Shown here in pieces: positions 17,745-27,959 of a DNA stretch of 64,000 bases. The notes beneath the pieces are model-generated. The model had not been told where the DNA came from, searched no databases, and saw only the letters and a program-made list of their open reading frames with translations. Every line of letters begins with the position of its first letter. The stretch's first letter is position 1. A program made the translations under genes and the position numbers. Origin of the DNA: Candidatus Zhuqueibacterota bacterium (GTDB lineage Bacteria > Zhuqueibacterota > Zhuqueibacteria > Thermofontimicrobiales > Thermofontimicrobiaceae); contig JBMOPW010000001.1 of the NCBI GenBank assembly GCA_049322915.1, forward strand, positions 78,193 through 142,192, read 5' to 3'.

Positions 17745-20015
17745 TTATTTAATGCGGCTGAGCGCATCAAGTCGCTCGCGGGCTTTTTGAATGTATTCCA
17801 GGGCGCTTTTGTGCTCCGGATCGATTTTCAAAATACTCGTCCATGTGGTGATCGCTGCATCATATTCGCCTTCGGCGTAGCTGAGCATGCCTAGGTTGAA
17901 CAACTCTTCCATCTTGTTTTGAAGCTCTTCGGTGCAGCGTTTGATGGATTCGCCGGCGGTTTTATTGCCGGGGTCGCGTTCGAGTACCTGTCGAAATGTC
18001 AAGCGGGCGTTGATGAAGTCCCCTTTTTCAAAATATTCCAGAGCGCGTTTTTCAAGATTATCGACGCGGATATTGGCCAGCACCGCCCGCTGCAAGTTCT
18101 GGGAGTCCGCATGTTTTGGAGCAAGCGACAACGCGAGGTTGCACTCTTCGAGCGCGCGGTCCCATTCATTCTGATTGGTGAAATTGAGCGCGCGTTGATA
18201 ATGCTGATTGGCCAGGGAGTCCAGCTTCTGCCGTGCGGCCTGGAGCAAACTCTTGGACGGTTGATGATCCGGCTTTATTGCAAGTATCTCGGAGAAGAGC
18301 GCCATGGCGGTTTGGTACTCATTGCGGTCATAGGCGCGTCTGGCCTTCTGGAATTTGTTATCGATGAACGCGGCGATATAATTGCTCAGATAGTCCATTT
18401 TCTCTCTGGCGTACTCATGGGTTTTATCGATATCGAGTATCCTGCGATAACAATTATAGGCGTTGACGTACTGGTTGGCGTTGTTGTAATAATAGGCATC
18501 GCGCAGAAGCTTTTTTATGGTATCCCGATTTTGCTCTATCTCGCCATCAATCCGCTCGACGAAGCGCTGCGCTTCTGCATGCCTCGGATTTATCATCAGC
18601 GCTTTTTCGAATTCCTCCCTGGCGCGATTCAGGTTTTTTTGATTGTAGTAGCCAAGCCCGCGCAGGTAATATTCGTTGGAAGTGAACGAGTAAATGCTGT
18701 CAATTTTGGCCAGATAGGTCAAGGCTGCGCGGTTGTTCCTGTCGACAAGAATAATTTTGTTGAAGACCATTTCGGCCCGGTTGAAGTTATTCTCCGCGTA
18801 ATAGCTTTTACCCCGATCGGCAAGCTGGTCCAGATACTTGCCCAGCTTGGCTTTCAGCGACTTCAATCGTTTTAATGCATGGGAGTTGGATTTGTCGATC
18901 TCGAGAATTTGCTGATAGGCGATGAACGCGTTGATGTACCACCGCTTCTTTTCGAAACTCAGACCGCTGGCAAAGAGCGAATCAATTTTGGATTGCTCCG
19001 AATCGACTCGCGCCTCCAGGACATTCGTGATGTAGTGAACCCGTTCATCGTCCGGCTGGTATGCGATGGATTTCTGATACGCGTCCAGTGCGCCGGTGAA
19101 GTCTTTATTTTTGATCTTCTGCGAGCCAAGCTGCTTATATTTTTGCGCCAGGGATTGTTCATCATCCGATAAATTAATGAGCAGGCTGATTGAAAATTTT
19201 TGCTCGGGAATCTCATAGCTCACGTCGGTCTGGAAGTGGCCGAAGTGGAGAGAACCGCCCAGCGCGACCTGTCCGCCGTCGAAATTCTTGATCCCACAGT
19301 ACAATTTCACCGCATGATGAATGTCGAATTGGACGCCGGTGTGGTTGGTGTATTCGTGGTGCGAGATGTGATAGGCAAAATGAAGTATCGGTGATTGCAG
19401 AATGGGTTTGAAAGCGGCGGCCATTCGGATCACGTAATCATTCACGTTATTCTGAATGGGCAGGTTATGGACAGCCAGACCAAAGCTCAGTTTATTCTTC
19501 ATGTTATCGGATGTGAACCAGGTCCAGACAGAATTGTCGCTGGATTTCTTTGCTGTGTGATCGGGGAACGACCGAAAGAAGAAACCAAAACCGAAACTTG
19601 AAAATACCTCATTTTCGTGCGTCTTGCCGAGATTGACATTCGCGCCCACGGAGAAAGTCTGGTTGATACGGTAACCCAGGGCGAATGAACCTAAATTATA
19701 GTTCATATCCGGGCTGCCGTACTGGCAAAGATTGAGTCCAATGGCGAAGGAAGGAGGCAGAAATTTAGTTACCCCGGTGAAATTGAATTGGGACTGCGGA
19801 TTGACATTCACTTGCAATCGATCCGAAGTGATAAATGCAATGCCGGCTGGATTCCAGTAACTGGCGGACGGGTCCATTGGAAACGCCACGCTCGAACCGC
19901 CCAGTCCAATCGAATGAGCGCCAGGCACAAAGGTGGAATAATTGTTTTGGCTCAGGCCTGGCGTCGAAATGCAAATGAGTGATGTTAAAATCAGTATTGG
20001 TACAAAATTTTTCAT
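17745..20015 (-). CDS. PorV/FadL-like beta-barrel N-terminal domain fused to a long TPR array
   Basis: Signal peptide from MKNFVPIL (ATG 20015); GAHSIGLGG...DPSASYWNPAG; the C-terminal half is tandem TPR-like helices. Confidence 0.8.
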   Translation of the reverse strand: MKNFVPILILTSLICISTPGLSQNNYSTFVPGAHSIGLGGSSVAFPMDPSASYWNPAGIAFITSDRLQVNVNPQSQFNFTGVTKFLPPSFAIGLNLCQYGSPDMNYNLGSFALGYRINQTFSVGANVNLGKTHENEVFSSFGFGFFFRSFPDHTAKKSSDNSVWTWFTSDNMKNKLSFGLAVHNLPIQNNVNDYVIRMAAAFKPILQSPILHFAYHISHHEYTNHTGVQFDIHHAVKLYCGIKNFDGGQVALGGSLHFGHFQTDVSYEIPEQKFSISLLINLSDDEQSLAQKYKQLGSQKIKNKDFTGALDAYQKSIAYQPDDERVHYITNVLEARVDSEQSKIDSLFASGLSFEKKRWYINAFIAYQQILEIDKSNSHALKRLKSLKAKLGKYLDQLADRGKSYYAENNFNRAEMVFNKIILVDRNNRAALTYLAKIDSIYSFTSNEYYLRGLGYYNQKNLNRAREEFEKALMINPRHAEAQRFVERIDGEIEQNRDTIKKLLRDAYYYNNANQYVNAYNCYRRILDIDKTHEYAREKMDYLSNYIAAFIDNKFQKARRAYDRNEYQTAMALFSEILAIKPDHQPSKSLLQAARQKLDSLANQHYQRALNFTNQNEWDRALEECNLALSLAPKHADSQNLQRAVLANIRVDNLEKRALEYFEKGDFINARLTFRQVLERDPGNKTAGESIKRCTEELQNKMEELFNLGMLSYAEGEYDAAITTWTSILKIDPEHKSALEYIQKARERLDALSRIK

Positions 20016-20032
20016 GAGATAGCCGGGAATGA

Positions 20033-21592
20033 TTACATGATAAAATCCCTGTGGTGATTGATTTCGCATATTTCAACTGGCTCAGTTCTGCCTTTGATGG
20101 GGATGTAGCCTAATTTGACCGCTGGGTAATAGCGCTTAATCAAAGGGTACAGGCTTGTCGATGTGATAATTTGTCCCGGTCTGGCAACGTCACAAAATCG
20201 CGATGCCAAATTTACAACATCCCCCACCACCGTATAGTCCATTCGATCTTTGGATCCAATATTTCCTAACACAGCATGGCCGATATTGATGCCAATGCCA
20301 ACTGTCAGAATTTCCATGCCATCCTTCACCCGCTCGAAATTCAGGCGTTCAATTTCGCTCTGGATAGTCACTGCGGTTTTCAATAAATTGAATTGCTTGT
20401 TCGCGCCTTCGAAAATGCCCATGATCTGATCGCCCATGAATTTATCCACTGCGCCGAAATTTTCTTCCACAATTCTCGCCTGCAAATCGAGGTAAATATT
20501 GATGACACGAACCACCGTTTCCGGCTTATGCCGCTGGGAGAACGCCGCAAAATCGCGGACATCGGAGAACAGCACTGCAACTTCATACAGTTCAGTGGGC
20601 GTTGTGCGCTGATTGCTGACGACATTCTTTTTAATCATCTGCCGGGTCATCGGCGACACGAACTTTTGCATGTGCAATTTCTCTTTCAATTGCATGGTCA
20701 TGTTGTTGAATTCCTGCGCCAATTGTCCCAGCTCATCGCGCGAGTTTACGGAAATTTTAACATCCAGATTGCCTTCGCTGATTTGCCGGGCGCCATTGGA
20801 CAGCGCATGAATTTGCTGAACCATTCGCTGTGTCACAAAGTAAATGCCCAGAATGGAAATCATCGTTACCAGCAGGGCAATGGTATAGACAATTTTTTGG
20901 GCTTCCCGCAACGGGGTGAGCAGTACATCTTTGGAAAAGCCAATGCCGGTGACGCCCAGGAAGATGGTCGACGTTTCCCTGTCTGCCTTTATCGTTTCCA
21001 GGATGGGGTGAAAATATTCGAAATGAGTGGCAGTCTCCCGGACAAGACCCTGCTTCAGGCTGAGAATCTGCTTTCGCTCTTTGGGATTGATGAAATCCTG
21101 CCCTGCCAGCGTGAGCTTCAAATCGGTGTGCGCGATGCATTCCCCGTGTCGGTTGATGACCCAGGCGTAATCCAGGCCCTTGATATTCTGGCTCTTCAAC
21201 CGCAGAACCGATTCCTTAATTTTGTTTAATTCTGAAGTATCCAGTTCGCCTAACAGCAGATTCTCTTTGATGTCATAGGATAAATACTGAACCGATAACT
21301 TGTTGATTTCATCAAGCTTGGTTTTCAGCAGCCGATTTTCAGTCTGCTGGAAAATAATGGTGATAACGACGATGACAAAGATGACGATCAATCCGATGAT
21401 GATGCTGAGCTTGCGTTTAATTGGGAAGGAAATGAACAGGCCTTTGGCCTTATTCCAGATCATTTGAAAAAATGACGCCAAATTCTCAACCCCTTTTCTC
21501 ACCAGAGAGATGAAACCATTGGTGAAGCTCTGTGCATATCGAAGATTCAGAACCGGGGCTGATTTTTGTAGTTTTTTCGAATGAGTGACCAT
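20033..21592 (-). CDS. Membrane class III adenylate/guanylate cyclase with HAMP domain
   Basis: Two transmembrane helices; HAMP (DELGQLAQEFNNM); VLFSDVRDF, DKFMGD, DYTVVGDVVNLASR. Confidence 0.92.
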   Translation of the reverse strand: MVTHSKKLQKSAPVLNLRYAQSFTNGFISLVRKGVENLASFFQMIWNKAKGLFISFPIKRKLSIIIGLIVIFVIVVITIIFQQTENRLLKTKLDEINKLSVQYLSYDIKENLLLGELDTSELNKIKESVLRLKSQNIKGLDYAWVINRHGECIAHTDLKLTLAGQDFINPKERKQILSLKQGLVRETATHFEYFHPILETIKADRETSTIFLGVTGIGFSKDVLLTPLREAQKIVYTIALLVTMISILGIYFVTQRMVQQIHALSNGARQISEGNLDVKISVNSRDELGQLAQEFNNMTMQLKEKLHMQKFVSPMTRQMIKKNVVSNQRTTPTELYEVAVLFSDVRDFAAFSQRHKPETVVRVINIYLDLQARIVEENFGAVDKFMGDQIMGIFEGANKQFNLLKTAVTIQSEIERLNFERVKDGMEILTVGIGINIGHAVLGNIGSKDRMDYTVVGDVVNLASRFCDVARPGQIITSTSLYPLIKRYYPAVKLGYIPIKGRTEPVEICEINHHRDFIM

Positions 21593-21698
21593 TCAGGAAA
21601 GTCGACCTCCCTCTCGCGATAATCGTTTGCTATGAATTGTCTAATTTTTTCAATGCTGCCCCCCGGTAGAACTGCGCTACGTATCAACTCCGGTTTGA

Positions 21699-21968
21699 TT
21701 ATTCAATGATTTCAATATCCAATTCCTGCATCTGCTTCGGATGCGTTTCTCTCTCTGAATACGTACTGAAATAATGAAGAAGCCAGGCCAGCAGGATGAC
21801 GATGAGCGCCATGCCCAGGATCGAACGACCTTTGGGTCGTGTGTAGCTCCTGAGCTTTCGGAACGACAATCGGCGCTTCGGATCATCATCAATTTTTTCA
21901 GGCTGATAGAACCTCGGCGCAAACTCAAATTTTCTTATTTTCGGCTGTTTGAAAAACATTTCGATCAC
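21699..21968 (-). CDS. Small single-pass membrane hypothetical protein
   Basis: FFKQPKIRKFEFAPRFY...one transmembrane helix; tightly packed within the operon. Confidence 0.65.
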   Translation of the reverse strand: MIEMFFKQPKIRKFEFAPRFYQPEKIDDDPKRRLSFRKLRSYTRPKGRSILGMALIVILLAWLLHYFSTYSERETHPKQMQELDIEIIE

Positions 21969-21971
21969 TAT

Positions 21972-23525
21972 TTAATTTGAACTTTTTTGATGACGGGAGA
22001 AATTCGCTAACCGTTCGCACACCTGGTCTTGAATCAAATTCGCGAGAGAAGTGGGCACGGTGAAATTATTGGCAATCATGGAAAAAGCCAATTCCTCTCC
22101 GTCCGCTGTGGTGACGAATCCCGACAGTGAGCGCGTATGTCCGACAAAGCCGGTTTTCGCGCGAACATTTCCCTCGGCCGCTGTTTGTTTCAAACGATTT
22201 TTCAATGAACCGTCCACGCCGGCAACGGGCAGGGAATTGTAAAAATACTCGCCATGAGGATGTTTGCGCATGTACTTCAGCAGCTTCACTATCTGCATGG
22301 GCGTTACCATATTTAGCCGCGACAGTCCTGATCCGTCGTACATTAAAAATTCGTCGGGACTAATACCGGCTTCGGCGAGAAATTCTTTCACGACATCGAT
22401 CCCGCATTTCGCGCTCCCGCATTCCTTGAAATATGCAGCCAGCGTTCGAAGCAACAACTCCGCATAGAGATTCTGACTGACCTTGTTAATGGTCGTGATG
22501 ATCGCGTGCAGCGGTACCGATGAAACCTGAAACAGCAGGTTTTCCGAAATGGCCAGGTACTCGTAATCGGGAATATCGTCGATATCCCGGCATTCGCCAG
22601 TCAGGGCAATCCCCCGGTCCGTCAGGATTTTTGCGAATGCTGTGATGGTGAATAGCGTGGGATTTTCAACGGAAAACCAGTTTTTCTGCACTGATGAATT
22701 GAGCGCAATTGCACCGGTCATTACAACATCATTCGTGCCGGGTTTTCGGAGGAATGAAATGTCCTGTTCCAGTCCCGGGCGCACGGTTGCAACGCGATTG
22801 GTGATTCGGGCGAAATCCGTATCCGGAACAAGCTGATATTTGGCAGCATCCCCGGGATTAATCCCGGGCAGAAAAAGCACATCGATGCAATTGTCGTTGA
22901 ACGAAAGGGCGCTGATCTGGGCTGCGTACCAGTCCGATTGGTAATCCCAGGCCCATCCTTCGCCCATGATTTCATCATCAAAATAATTATCATCGCCAAT
23001 GATTTGGCCTTCAATTCGGGTGATTCCGTGAGAGCGCAAGGAATCCGCCCACATTTCCAGGGGACGAGTCACGTGGCCATCGTAATACCGTCCTGAAATG
23101 GATGGGTCGCCCGAGCCCCGGATAATAACATCGCCGTGAAGCGCACCCGTCGAATCGATGGAACCATTGATGTAAAATTTTGTGGCGTAGGTGTAGTCCG
23201 GTCCCAATTTCGCCAAAGTCGCCGCAGTCGTGAAGAGCTTCATATTGGATGCCGGGATGAAATTTTTATGGGCATTGCGTTGATAGATGTATTCACTATT
23301 TTTCAGGGACTGAATTACAACGCCCCAGTGCGCATTGGCAAACTGCGGTTCATTGAAAAAAGCGTCCAGGTCATTTCTCAAAATGTCGATTTGGGATGAG
23401 TTTTTCCGAATGTGCGTCAGGTTCGAACAAGTCGTAATGCTCAATAATGCAATGCTGAAAAAGAAAAAACAAATCACCGATTTAAATTTCAAAACTCCTC
23501 CTCTGATTCGGGTGAAAACTACCAT
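21972..23525 (-). CDS. dacB: D-alanyl-D-alanine carboxypeptidase/endopeptidase (PBP4, peptidase S13)
   Basis: PASNMK (SxxK), SQN (SxN), AKTG (KTG), GSGDPS, DGSGLSR. The start may be TTG at 23492. Confidence 0.93.
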   Translation of the reverse strand: MVVFTRIRGGVLKFKSVICFFFFSIALLSITTCSNLTHIRKNSSQIDILRNDLDAFFNEPQFANAHWGVVIQSLKNSEYIYQRNAHKNFIPASNMKLFTTAATLAKLGPDYTYATKFYINGSIDSTGALHGDVIIRGSGDPSISGRYYDGHVTRPLEMWADSLRSHGITRIEGQIIGDDNYFDDEIMGEGWAWDYQSDWYAAQISALSFNDNCIDVLFLPGINPGDAAKYQLVPDTDFARITNRVATVRPGLEQDISFLRKPGTNDVVMTGAIALNSSVQKNWFSVENPTLFTITAFAKILTDRGIALTGECRDIDDIPDYEYLAISENLLFQVSSVPLHAIITTINKVSQNLYAELLLRTLAAYFKECGSAKCGIDVVKEFLAEAGISPDEFLMYDGSGLSRLNMVTPMQIVKLLKYMRKHPHGEYFYNSLPVAGVDGSLKNRLKQTAAEGNVRAKTGFVGHTRSLSGFVTTADGEELAFSMIANNFTVPTSLANLIQDQVCERLANFSRHQKSSN

Positions 23526-24544
23526 CCCATATCCACAAGCGGCTCCGCGCCAATACCGTACTTGTCCGGAAGCGTGAACTGACCGTTCGCGAATGTAACT
23601 CCGGCGAATGGATCATTCTTCAGCAAAAGCGCGCCGTCCAGATCGATGTAATCGAACAACGGCGCAATGTGCGCAGCCGCAGTGATGGCCAGCGAGCTTT
23701 CGATGAAGCAGCCTAACATGGTGGATAAATGAAACCGCCTGGCTGTTTTCGCCATGTTCACTGCTTCGTGGACGCCGCCGCATTTCATCAGTTTGATGTT
23801 GATCCCATCAAATGCCTCAGCCAATGGTTCAATGTCCCCACTTCGTTTGACGCTTTCATCGGCGAACAGCGGCAGATTCACCCGCTCTCTGATCCATGCC
23901 GTATTTGCAATTTCATCCGCTGGAAGGGGCTGCTCGATAAGCTCTACATTTTGCGTTTCCAGCCAGTTGATCTTTTCGACAGCTTCCTCTTTTGTCCAGC
24001 CCTCGTTGGCATCGATTCTCAACTTTTTGTCCGTGATTGATCGAATCGCTTTGATGATCTCGTAATCCTCGCGCGTGCCTAATTTTACTTTGAGTATCGG
24101 ATAATCTTTCGCTGCAATGACCTTTGCTTTTATCACATCGAGATTGTCGATACCAATCGTGAATGATGTCGTGAGAGATCGGTCGTTTTTAATTCCGAAT
24201 AACTCCCGAATGGAGACCATTTTTCTCTTCGCGACCAAATCCAGCAATGCCAATTCAATGCCGGTTTTTGCAGCAAAATTACCGGGGATCGCTTCCCCAA
24301 TCTGATCCATCATCAATTGAATCGATGCCTGAAAGTGTTGCAACATCGGGATCGCCGTTTCCAGAACCCGGCGGATGGAAGCTGTATTTTCGTGATAAAA
24401 ATAGGACGGAGCGGCCTCGCCGTATCCCACGTAATCGTCGGACTGGATTCGGACAAAGGTATTCTCAACGGATTTCTTCGAACTATTCGCCACAGCAAAA
24501 GTGTGATTCAATGTAAGTTGCCGGGTCACGAATGTCAGGTTCAT
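23519..24544 (-). CDS. L-Ala-D/L-Glu dipeptide epimerase (enolase superfamily)
   Basis: GYGEAAP, KVKLG, DANEGW, IEQP, ADES, NIKLMKCGG, DLDG. Confidence 0.9.
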   Translation of the reverse strand: MNLTFVTRQLTLNHTFAVANSSKKSVENTFVRIQSDDYVGYGEAAPSYFYHENTASIRRVLETAIPMLQHFQASIQLMMDQIGEAIPGNFAAKTGIELALLDLVAKRKMVSIRELFGIKNDRSLTTSFTIGIDNLDVIKAKVIAAKDYPILKVKLGTREDYEIIKAIRSITDKKLRIDANEGWTKEEAVEKINWLETQNVELIEQPLPADEIANTAWIRERVNLPLFADESVKRSGDIEPLAEAFDGINIKLMKCGGVHEAVNMAKTARRFHLSTMLGCFIESSLAITAAAHIAPLFDYIDLDGALLLKNDPFAGVTFANGQFTLPDKYGIGAEPLVDMGW

Positions 24545-24590
24545 TTAAATAGCTTTCGATTGGAATAAATAATAGAGAAGCGTGAATGTT

Positions 24591-24619
24591 AAAATAATTA
24601 AATTGAATCTAATAGTCAA
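24591..24619 (-). promoter_or_regulatory. Sigma70-type promoter of the epimerase-dacB operon
   Basis: Minus strand reads TTGACT-17 nt-TATTTT, about 45 nt upstream of the start codon. Confidence 0.5.
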
Positions 24620-24705
24620 GAATTTTTTAACCCTATCTGAATAATTAACTTTCATGTTTCAAAAAATATCAACTTGATAAAAATTAAATTATTAATGGAT
24701 TTTAC

Positions 24706-25051
24706 GCCCGGCAGATATCAGGCGGGGACGCATGTGTCACCTGCATCCATCCAGGCTCGGTGTGAACCGAAGTTTAGCCTTGATTATTAGTGTGGAAAGT
24801 GGTATAATACGAAAATTTGATCGGCTGTCCAGCGGTTTCATCACTGCTGCATCAATAACGAAAATAGGGTGGACGCAGATCGTTGCCTGCGAAGGCATCT
24901 GCGAATTCACTAAGATAGTGCAGGAGAATCGGATTGAAATAATTTACTGTGAACAATCGTGCAAATGTGAACTGTCAGGCAGGATATAAATCAGGATGAA
25001 GACCTGCGCTCGTTGGATAAAGCGCCCCGTGCGAAATGACGGTCAGGTTTT
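24706..25051 (+). ncRNA. Candidate large structured RNA upstream of mazG (no family recognised)
   Basis: Nested helices found by hand (24706-14/24972-80; 24729-40/24959-69; 24741-52/24867-78), GNRA-capped hairpins, and G-U pairs consistent with the + strand. Confidence 0.45.
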
Positions 25052-25100
25052 ATTGGACGATAATCACTGAGAATGAAAGGCAATTTTAAGAGGAGTGACA

Positions 25101-25931
25101 ATGAAAGAGATTGAAGCGATAAAAAGTCAGTTTGAAAAATTGATACAGATAATGGCCCGTTTGCGCGCGGAGGATGGTTGTCCCTGGGATAGGGAACAGA
25201 CCTATGAGTCGTTGCGTCAGTATTTACTCGAGGAGACCTACGAGGTGCTGGAACTGATCGATGCCGGCCGTTATGATGATTTGAAATTTGAGTTGGGGGA
25301 CCTGTTGCTTCAAGTGATTTTTCAAAGCCAGATTGCGGAAGAGGAGGGGCGATTTTCAATTTATGATGTCCTGGAAATCATCAATCAAAAATTGATCCAT
25401 CGGCATTCCAATGTGTTTGGCGATGTGAAAATTAACAATGCCGAAGAACAGACTGTTAATTGGGAGAAAATGAAACGGAAGGAAAATGCCAATCGCTCGA
25501 CGATTGATGGGGTCCCTGACCAATTGCCGGCTTTGCTGCGGGCGTTTCGTACCCAGGCCAAGGCCGCTACAGTGGGTTTCGACTGGCAGACCATCGAGCC
25601 AATTTGGGAAAAATTCCGCGAGGAGACACAGGAATTGCATCGCGCTGTGAAAGACGGTGGACAACGCGACATTGAAATGGAATTTGGAGATATGCTATTT
25701 ACAATGGTCAATCTGTCTCGATTTCTCAAAGTAAATCCTGAGGATGCTCTGCGCCTGTCCATAGATAAATTTTCATCTCGCTTTCGTCAGCTTGAACGCA
25801 TCGCGCGAAGTGAAAACAAATCCCTCGATGAAATGACGCTTGAAGAAATGGACAAGATTTGGGATCAAATCAAAGCGGCGCATCAGACGTCAGCAGAAGC
25901 CCTGCCTGGAACCTGCGATGTAAATAATTAA
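25101..25931 (+). CDS. mazG: Nucleoside triphosphate pyrophosphohydrolase MazG
   Basis: GCPWDREQT, EETYEV, ELGDLLLQ, KLIHRH, GFDW, EFGD. Confidence 0.95.
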   Translation: MKEIEAIKSQFEKLIQIMARLRAEDGCPWDREQTYESLRQYLLEETYEVLELIDAGRYDDLKFELGDLLLQVIFQSQIAEEEGRFSIYDVLEIINQKLIHRHSNVFGDVKINNAEEQTVNWEKMKRKENANRSTIDGVPDQLPALLRAFRTQAKAATVGFDWQTIEPIWEKFREETQELHRAVKDGGQRDIEMEFGDMLFTMVNLSRFLKVNPEDALRLSIDKFSSRFRQLERIARSENKSLDEMTLEEMDKIWDQIKAAHQTSAEALPGTCDVNN

Positions 25932-26069
25932 TTATGCGTAATATTTATTAATCCACTTGAATTTTAGAATAAATCTATTATCTTAAGAATCAGGGTGAGA
26001 AAAATAAGAATCCGTTAGCCTGACAAGTCTACCTGTTCAGTCTGAGTCGCTATTCAGGCATGTATTTTT

Positions 26070-26230
26070 GCCTCAAAGGCACCAGGTCACGACGTTACAA
26101 GAAGTGTCCAACTTTTTATTCTTTCTTTTAATCCGAGAGTCAGTAATTTTTGTTAATGCAAACTTCAGCTTTTCAGAATCGATTATTTTAGATATTTCTT
26201 TTTCTTTGTGTCTTTGAGATTTTGTGGCTG
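26070..26230. repeat. Imperfect palindromic element, same family as the inner element at 13420
   Basis: The reverse complement of 26199-26230 matches 13420-13451 at 27/32. Left arm gcctcaaaggcaccagg starts at 26070. Confidence 0.55.
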
Positions 26231-26287
26231 AATAGTAACCAGTTTGAAAAAGTAACATATTGAATTATTGGTATTTTGGGGAGTAAT

Positions 26288-27649
26288 ATGCTATTCAGAC
26301 TATTAATTGTTGATGATGAAGAAGTCGTTAGAAAATCCCTGGCGCGAGTTCTCGCGTGTGAAGAATATTCCATTGAATTGGCTGAGTCAGGGCCTGCTGC
26401 TCTGGATAAAGTTAATGAAGAGCGCCCCGACCTGGTGCTTCTGGATATCAAAATGGAGGGATTGGACGGGGTTGAAGTCTTAAAAAAAATTAAGGAGAAA
26501 GATCCTGAGATAGTTGTCGTCATGGTTACCGGGTTTGCCAGTGTCCCTACAGCCATTGAGTCTATGAAAGCTGGCGCGTATGATTACATACAAAAACCAG
26601 TGAAGCCTCATGAACTGCGGAAAGTGGTCACTAACGCGTTGGAATCACTCCAGTTGAAAAAGGAAGTGGAAGAGCTGCGCCGCAGGCAAATGGAGAACAA
26701 TAAATTTGATAAAATTATTGGAAACAGTCAGGAACTTCAGCATGTGCTTTCACTGGTTCAGCGGTTTGCTCCTTCCAAAGCGACCATGCTGATAGAAGGA
26801 GAAAGCGGTACTGGCAAAGAGCTAATTGCGGAATATACCCATTACCTGAGTCCCCGATACGCTCGCCCTTTCATTGCGCTGAACTGTGGCGCTGTTCATA
26901 AAGACCTGCTTGAAAGTGAACTCTTTGGTTACGTGAAAGGCGCGTTTACCGGCGCCGCAGACCATGGCAAACCGGGATTGCTTGAGCAGGCGAATCATGG
27001 GACCATCTTTTTGGATGAAGTTGGTGAAATGCCCATGGATGCTCAGGTGAAATTTCTTCGCGTACTCGAAAATGGAGAATTTTATCACCTGGGTAGTCCG
27101 GAGTTGATTAAAGTGAACCTTCGCGTCATCGCTGCTACCAATGTCCCGCTGATACAACTAGTCGAGCGCGGTAAATTCCGCAAGGATTTGTACTACCGAT
27201 TGAATATTGCAAAAATTGAGCTTCCTGCCCTTCGCGACCGAAGGATGGATATCATCCCTCTTGCCAAATTTTTTATCGATCACTTCAATAAGGCATTTGG
27301 TAAAAGGATAAAGGGAATGTCCAATGAGGTGGAAGAAATTCTGCTGGCTTATCCCTGGCATGGAAATGTACGGGAATTGCGAAACATTATTGAAAGGGTA
27401 ATGCTCCTTGATCAGAAGGATATTATTTCCGTGGAGGATTTAGCGAGCGCTGGTGTTACGCACGTCGATAGTTATTTTAACATAATTGTAAAATTAAATA
27501 CAAATTCGAATGGCAACGTGCTGCATAAGACGATGCGAGATATTGTCGAAAAAGCTTTAAGCCTTTCAAAGGGAAATAAAACTCTTGCAGCGAAAAGACT
27601 TGGAGTTCCAAGAAGCACTTTACGACATTATTTACATCGAGTTAATTAG
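26288..27649 (+). CDS. Sigma54-dependent response regulator (REC-AAA+-HTH)
   Basis: REC domain, GESGTGKE, ESELFG, GAFTGA, FRKDLYYRL, WHGNVREL, Fis-type HTH. No adjacent kinase. Confidence 0.93.
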   Translation: MLFRLLIVDDEEVVRKSLARVLACEEYSIELAESGPAALDKVNEERPDLVLLDIKMEGLDGVEVLKKIKEKDPEIVVVMVTGFASVPTAIESMKAGAYDYIQKPVKPHELRKVVTNALESLQLKKEVEELRRRQMENNKFDKIIGNSQELQHVLSLVQRFAPSKATMLIEGESGTGKELIAEYTHYLSPRYARPFIALNCGAVHKDLLESELFGYVKGAFTGAADHGKPGLLEQANHGTIFLDEVGEMPMDAQVKFLRVLENGEFYHLGSPELIKVNLRVIAATNVPLIQLVERGKFRKDLYYRLNIAKIELPALRDRRMDIIPLAKFFIDHFNKAFGKRIKGMSNEVEEILLAYPWHGNVRELRNIIERVMLLDQKDIISVEDLASAGVTHVDSYFNIIVKLNTNSNGNVLHKTMRDIVEKALSLSKGNKTLAAKRLGVPRSTLRHYLHRVN

Positions 27650-27743
27650 AACCATCGAATGGCGAAATACAGCCAATTATTTCAGATAGAACAACATGAA
27701 TAAAAACATAAAGATAATTCTTTGGAGCCAAGTCACCAATATA

Positions 27744-27767
27744 AAAACGGCCATATATGGCCGTTTT
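27744..27767. promoter_or_regulatory. Perfect 24-bp palindrome, candidate activator (UAS) site
   Basis: aaaacggccatatatggccgtttt, about 130 bp upstream of a -24/-12 motif. Confidence 0.45.
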
Positions 27768-27893
27768 ATCTCTCTGGCAGAAAACGAATACGAAATTCCA
27801 ATTCCTGATCCGTGATGGGAATATCGATTTAAGTGGCGTAAAAACAGGCCTGGCCAGGTCTTCAAACGCAAATGCATTTAATAGTAATGATTA

Positions 27894-27910
27894 TTGGCAT
27901 GATTTTGGCA
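27894..27910 (+). promoter_or_regulatory. Sigma54 -24/-12 promoter
   Basis: TTGGCATGATTTTGGCA = GG-N10-GC, 50 nt upstream of the REC gene and downstream of a sigma54 activator gene. Confidence 0.6.
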
Positions 27911-27959
27911 ATGCATAGCTCAAATCCGAGACGAAGAGAAATGTTTGGGAGGGCATGCC

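Noticed and set aside
17919..18875. 318-aa plus-strand ORF and other long antisense ORFs (e.g. 3732-4550, 20393-21229, 32505-33212, 58539-59285)
   Set aside because: These are shadow ORFs opposite well-supported genes and have no recognisable motifs.
24990..25010. Cobalamin riboswitch (gaagacctgc resembles the 3' end of the B12 box)
   Set aside because: The upstream GGGAA, GCCCCC/GCAACTGT and GCCACTG elements are missing, and the downstream gene is unrelated to B12.
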